Positions 60,102 to 64,000 of a DNA stretch of 64,000 nt are shown in pieces. This DNA is from Candidatus Fraserbacteria bacterium. Lineage in GTDB: Bacteria; Bipolaricaulota; Bipolaricaulia; RBG-16-55-9; DRXL01. The notes under the pieces were generated by a model. It saw only the letters and a list, made by a program, of their open reading frames with translations, was not told the origin of the DNA and did no database searches. How positions within the stretch are numbered: position 1 is the stretch's first letter; every line of letters starts with the position of its first letter. The position numbers and the translations under genes are program-made. The stretch covers positions 68,951 through 132,950 of the forward strand of contig CAMTVK010000017.1 in NCBI GenBank assembly GCA_947085185.1. The letters are read 5' to 3'.

Positions 60102-61118
60102 ATGGAGCACTTGCTGCTCATTAAGCTCAAGCCCAGAGCGCCCTTCCACTTGGGCGAGCGGGGCATCGGCCTCGAAGAGACAAGCGAGATCGTGCGCTCT
60201 GATACACTCTTTGGGGCGCTCTGCTGGTGCTGGACGCTGCTGACCGGGAGAGATCCCAACGAGTTCTTGGAGCCATTTGTGGAGGGCAAGCCGCCCGTTG
60301 TACTCTCGTCGGCCTTCCCCTATTGGAATGAAGTGCTCCTCCTACCACGCCCTCTCACACGTTTGCCTATTGAAGGAGATGAAGAGTTCCAACGCAATGC
60401 CGAGAAAGCGAGCTTCGTCTCGTTGAAACTCCTTGAAGCGCTCAGCCAACGCAAAGTGCCACAAGCAGAGCTAGGGCTGCTTGAGGACAAACGCCTATTG
60501 GTCACCCATTCTGAGGCCGAGAAACTGAAGGCAAGCAATCAGAAGCCCTGGACAATGGAGCGCGTGCCGCGGGTGGCACTCGACCGCAAAACCAGCGCCT
60601 CAGAGATCTTTCACACTGGAAGAGTGGTCTTCTCAGAGGGCTGCGGGCTCTATCTGTTAGTACGCATTTTAGAGCCCAACTCTGCCGTGACTCAGAAGCT
60701 CAAAGCCCTCTTTCGGCTCTTGGGTGATGAAGGCTTAGGCGGCGAGCGCAGTTGCGGCTACGGCTTCTTTGAGCCGGAGTTCAGTGAGCTGGAGATCAAT
60801 TTTGCTCCAGGACCTCGTACGCTGCTGCTCTCGCTTTATAATCCTAAAGATGCGCAGGAGCTGGAGGCTTTCGATCTGACACAATCAGCTTATCAATTGG
60901 TTCGCAGGCGGAGCTGGGTCTTCTCACCCCGCGCTAAAGATCTTCAGACGGATGCCGTGCATTACTTTGCCGAGGGCTCGGTCTTGTGTGGGCGTAAGGA
61001 TTTGCCTGTGGGAGGAAGGCTGGTCAAAGTGCTAGAGCCCGCTGGGGAGATTCCTCACCCTGTCTATCGGAACGGCTTCGGCTTCTTCGTCGGCCGGCAG
61101 GAGGGTAGATCGCGATGA
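60102..61118 (+). CDS. csm4: Csm4 RAMP
   Basis: RSDTLFGAL, LSSAFP, GLGGERSCGYG, EGSV. Confidence 0.93.
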   Translation: MEHLLLIKLKPRAPFHLGERGIGLEETSEIVRSDTLFGALCWCWTLLTGRDPNEFLEPFVEGKPPVVLSSAFPYWNEVLLLPRPLTRLPIEGDEEFQRNAEKASFVSLKLLEALSQRKVPQAELGLLEDKRLLVTHSEAEKLKASNQKPWTMERVPRVALDRKTSASEIFHTGRVVFSEGCGLYLLVRILEPNSAVTQKLKALFRLLGDEGLGGERSCGYGFFEPEFSELEINFAPGPRTLLLSLYNPKDAQELEAFDLTQSAYQLVRRRSWVFSPRAKDLQTDAVHYFAEGSVLCGRKDLPVGGRLVKVLEPAGEIPHPVYRNGFGFFVGRQEGRSR

Positions 61119-62251
61119 GACGCTTTGTCTGGGAGCTAGAGGTGTTGACACCTCTTCATATCGGCTCTGGTGGGCAGTGGACAACTTTTGACTACATTTA
61201 TGATCCAACCACACGACTATTGAGGATTATAGATCTCAACCGAGTGTTGGCGCAGCCGCGCGTCAATCCTGACGACCTAGCGCGTCATTACGAACGTCGT
61301 GGCTTTCAGATCGGGCAATATCTCCGTGATCGCAACATATCTCCCACTGCAGTAGAGCTTTATCACCTTCCCTGCGCAAGCGATCCGCGCGATCAGCCGG
61401 TGCGTGTCTTCACCAAGACGTCCTTAGGCAGGCCTTATCTACCCGGATCAACGCTGAAAGGAGCCATCCGCACAGCTGTGTTGTGGCAACTGTTACAGTC
61501 CGATGAAGTCGCTTTCACAAAGGCGCTCGACTACTTCCAGCGCGTTGGCCGCAACGATCGCACACTGCCTCGCAGCGCACATAACCGCCAATGGACGGGC
61601 TCCAATATTGAGCGGCTACCTGAAGCACTCGGCCCAGATCCCAATACCGATCTGATGCGTGTCATCCAGATCGAAGATTCGCCAGAGCTGCCTTTAGAGA
61701 CACTTGAAGTTGTCGAGGTCAGCTCCTATCTGCTCAACGCCCAAGGCCAGCTTGAACGCGATAGGCGCTTGACCAACTATGCTGAGACCCTCAAGCGGGG
61801 CACACGGCTAGAAATTCATGTGCGTTGCGATGATTTTCTCTTTAGTGAAGTAGCTCGTGAGCTGGGGTTTGCACCCAAACAAAGGGTTGTAGAAAGAGCG
61901 GGTCTTTTTGAGACGCTGCGAAGCTTCGCAGAGCCGCTGCGCAAATCGGAGATCGAGTTTTATCGTCGTTATAGGCTGTCGGCAGTCGCTGAGCATTTGG
62001 AGGGTCTGGCAGTGGGTGATGGTGTCTTGCTCTGCTTGGGATGGGGCGGAGGGTGGTCCTCGAAGACGATCACGCGGGCATTTCTCCAACGCTCAGATTT
62101 TGACTTCATGAGGCTACGCCGGGTATTTCGGCTGGGTCAGAGCCGCTCGCAGCGCGATTTCTATCACACGATCTTTCCTAAATCCCGACGGTTGGTGGCT
62201 TCGCCTGCCTTGATGCCGCTAGGGTGGGTCTGTATAAGAGGGGAGGTATAA
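61115..62251 (+). CDS. csm5: Csm5 RAMP
   Basis: LTPLHIGSG, PYLPGSTLKGAIRTA, LGWGGGW.SKT, PLGWV. Confidence 0.92.
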   Translation: MRRFVWELEVLTPLHIGSGGQWTTFDYIYDPTTRLLRIIDLNRVLAQPRVNPDDLARHYERRGFQIGQYLRDRNISPTAVELYHLPCASDPRDQPVRVFTKTSLGRPYLPGSTLKGAIRTAVLWQLLQSDEVAFTKALDYFQRVGRNDRTLPRSAHNRQWTGSNIERLPEALGPDPNTDLMRVIQIEDSPELPLETLEVVEVSSYLLNAQGQLERDRRLTNYAETLKRGTRLEIHVRCDDFLFSEVARELGFAPKQRVVERAGLFETLRSFAEPLRKSEIEFYRRYRLSAVAEHLEGLAVGDGVLLCLGWGGGWSSKTITRAFLQRSDFDFMRLRRVFRLGQSRSQRDFYHTIFPKSRRLVASPALMPLGWVCIRGEV

Positions 62252-62253
62252 AG

Positions 62254-63462
62254 ATGGCGCGTGTCATGCTGATTGCGTTGGGAACGGGGCCATCGGTGGA
62301 GCAGGGGATTGCCTCCTCAATCAAAGTTCATAAGCCGGATCGGGTGATCTTCTTTGCCACTCCTCAGAGCGAGTCAACAAAAAGCAAGGTGGAAGGGCTT
62401 CTTGCGGAGCGGCCGCTCATAGAGATGGTTCCCATCGGTGATGGGGATAATCTCGATGAAATCTATCGGGCAGCCTGCACCAAGCTGCAAGAGCTCTGGC
62501 AGGAAGAAGTCTTTGTGGATTTCACCAGCGGGACGAAGGCCATGTCGGCAGGCTTGGTCGCGGCGGCCCTAGCTAAGGGCGTCAAGCAGCTGGTCTATGT
62601 GGCTGGGCAGCGCGGGAGCGATGGCCGCGTCATCTCGGGGACGGAACGGGTCCTGACCTTGAAGCCCGCGGAGATGCTCGCCGATCGTTTGAAACAACAG
62701 ATCATCATGCTCTTCAACAAGCGGCTCTTTGGCGCGGCCCTGCAATTGGTTGACCAAGGTCTGGAGGAGATCCACTTGCCAGAACACCAGCGCGATCTAG
62801 AAGAGCTAAAGATACTCTGTTTAGCTTACCAAGCTTGGGATTGGTTCGACCACCGACAAGCGGCTGAGCTTTTCCAGAAGATCAACAAAGAAGTGATCTC
62901 GCGCTGGTCGGAGCAGATCGCTACCAACAAAGGATGGGTCTGTAAGCTGGCGCGCAACCTCAAGCTGGATGCCCCCATCAAAGAGCGCTACCCGCAAGAA
63001 CTGCTTATTGATCTCTGGCTGAACGCCCAGCGGCGTCTAGAAGAGAGAGATTGGGTGGATGCGATAGCTCGGCTCTATCGGCTGACAGAGCTGATTGCTC
63101 AATATCGCTTGAGTCAACGGGGATTCGACGCGAGCCGCCTTGAGATCGATCAACTTCCTCAAGAGCTACAACCCAAGTACAAGATCCTTCGCGATGAGAA
63201 AGGACGCGTGAAGCTGGGACTCGAGCAAGCGTATAAGCTCTTAACGGAGCTGGGTGATCCCTTAGGGCAACGTTATGATCAGGGGTTAGCGGATGCGCTG
63301 CGCGCCAGGAACGAATCCATCAGCGGACATGGGCTCCAGCCCGTGGCAGAAGAGGATTGTCGAAAGCTCTCGCAAGCCATCAAGGATCTGATGGATCTGG
63401 TTATACCGGAATGGGGTAAACAAGAAAGGCAAGTACAATTTGCTCAGCTAAGAGCATTATGA
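62254..63462 (+). CDS. CARF-HEPN ancillary nuclease (TIGR02710/Csm6-Csx1-like)
   Basis: CARF motif VDFTSGTKAMSAG; HEPN-type RNESISGH. Confidence 0.85.
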   Translation: MARVMLIALGTGPSVEQGIASSIKVHKPDRVIFFATPQSESTKSKVEGLLAERPLIEMVPIGDGDNLDEIYRAACTKLQELWQEEVFVDFTSGTKAMSAGLVAAALAKGVKQLVYVAGQRGSDGRVISGTERVLTLKPAEMLADRLKQQIIMLFNKRLFGAALQLVDQGLEEIHLPEHQRDLEELKILCLAYQAWDWFDHRQAAELFQKINKEVISRWSEQIATNKGWVCKLARNLKLDAPIKERYPQELLIDLWLNAQRRLEERDWVDAIARLYRLTELIAQYRLSQRGFDASRLEIDQLPQELQPKYKILRDEKGRVKLGLEQAYKLLTELGDPLGQRYDQGLADALRARNESISGHGLQPVAEEDCRKLSQAIKDLMDLVIPEWGKQERQVQFAQLRAL

Positions 63463-63520
63463 TAAGCGATGGGCTCTTCCTCACATGAGTCTGGCCGTCG
63501 CATCATCAAGCGCACTCAGT

Positions 63521-63784
63521 ATGTATGTGATATTGGTCTACGATGTGGACGTGTCGCGGGTGTCGAAGGTCTGCAAGTTTTTGAGGAGATACCTGCATTG
63601 GGTGCAGAACTCGGTCTTCGAGGGGGAATTGAGGGAATCGCAGCTGGAGGAGGTACGTCTGGGCTTGGGGACGCTCATAGATCCCCAGAGCGACTCGATC
63701 TATCTCTATCGGGTGCGCGACGCGCGGTGGATTTCTAAAGAGATTCTGGGACAGGAGCGCAACCCCACAGATGCGTTCATTTGA
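63521..63784 (+). CDS. cas2: Cas2
   Basis: MYVILVYDV, YLHWVQNSVFEGEL, DSIYLY. Confidence 0.96.
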   Translation: MYVILVYDVDVSRVSKVCKFLRRYLHWVQNSVFEGELRESQLEEVRLGLGTLIDPQSDSIYLYRVRDARWISKEILGQERNPTDAFI

Positions 63785-64000
63785 GGGATTGGGCCACGGT
63801 GCGAGTTGACTTGGGGTCGTCGAGGGGTGTAGAATGGGGGCGATGAGCGTCGGGCCGACGGGCCGGTGGGGGTCTTTGACAAGTGAAGAGTGCTGATGCC
63901 AAGGGCGGAAGCACGAAAGTCGTCGAGGTCCTGGGGGTTGTGCAGGACCGGCGGGCGACGACGATGGGACGGCACACACCCAGGGCAATGGGCCTCTTTG
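63785..64000 (+). promoter_or_regulatory. Probable CRISPR leader; array expected beyond window end
   Basis: Follows cas2; TTGACT-18-TAGAAT; nested inverted repeat GTCGTCG..GGTCCTG/CAGGACC..CGACGAC at 63919-63962. Confidence 0.55.

Noticed and set aside
46900..64000. CRISPR array within the window
   Set aside because: No regularly spaced repeats seen; only one repeat-like unit and a putative leader
1..64000. tRNA/rRNA genes, riboswitches, transposases or integrases
   Set aside because: None recognised by eye; intergenic gaps are short. A covariance-model scan would be needed to exclude small RNAs

Overview
A gene-dense bacterial chromosomal window of moderately high GC. The gene style loosely suggests a thermophile such as Ca. 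Bipolaricaulota/Acetothermia, but this cannot be verified from sequence alone. Positions 1-46.9 kb are mostly housekeeping and envelope genes: an M1 peptidase, pheT, panC, rsmI, prfB with its +1 frameshift, cmk-plsC-ispH-rpsA-plsY, tpiA, uvrA, an ABC system, an aldehyde dehydrogenase, aspS, a MoxR/DUF58 operon, a TetR-MMPL-LolA-like operon, plsX-fabH-fabD-fabG-acpP and hisS. Small toxin-antitoxin/Uma2 cassettes sit at operon junctions. Positions 47-64 kb are a composite CRISPR-Cas locus: type I-B (cas6-cas8b-cas7-cas5-cas3, cas4, cas1), a complete type III-A module plus a CARF-HEPN effector wedged between cas1 and cas2, then a probable array leader at the window edge. No array lies inside the window. 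The most notable observations are: (1) cas8b hides an internal SD+ATG that would yield a Cas11 built of two tandem Cas11-like units; (2) a DUF2281/PIN TA cassette is bracketed by a 68-bp direct repeat of the cas4 5' end; (3) a solitary CRISPR-repeat-like 30-mer follows cas3; (4) a cmr1-like stub precedes cas10; (5) the prfB shift site lacks its usual internal SD; (6) hicA is frameshifted near its 3' end; (7) several promoters look leaderless. All product calls come from motif recognition, not database searches.
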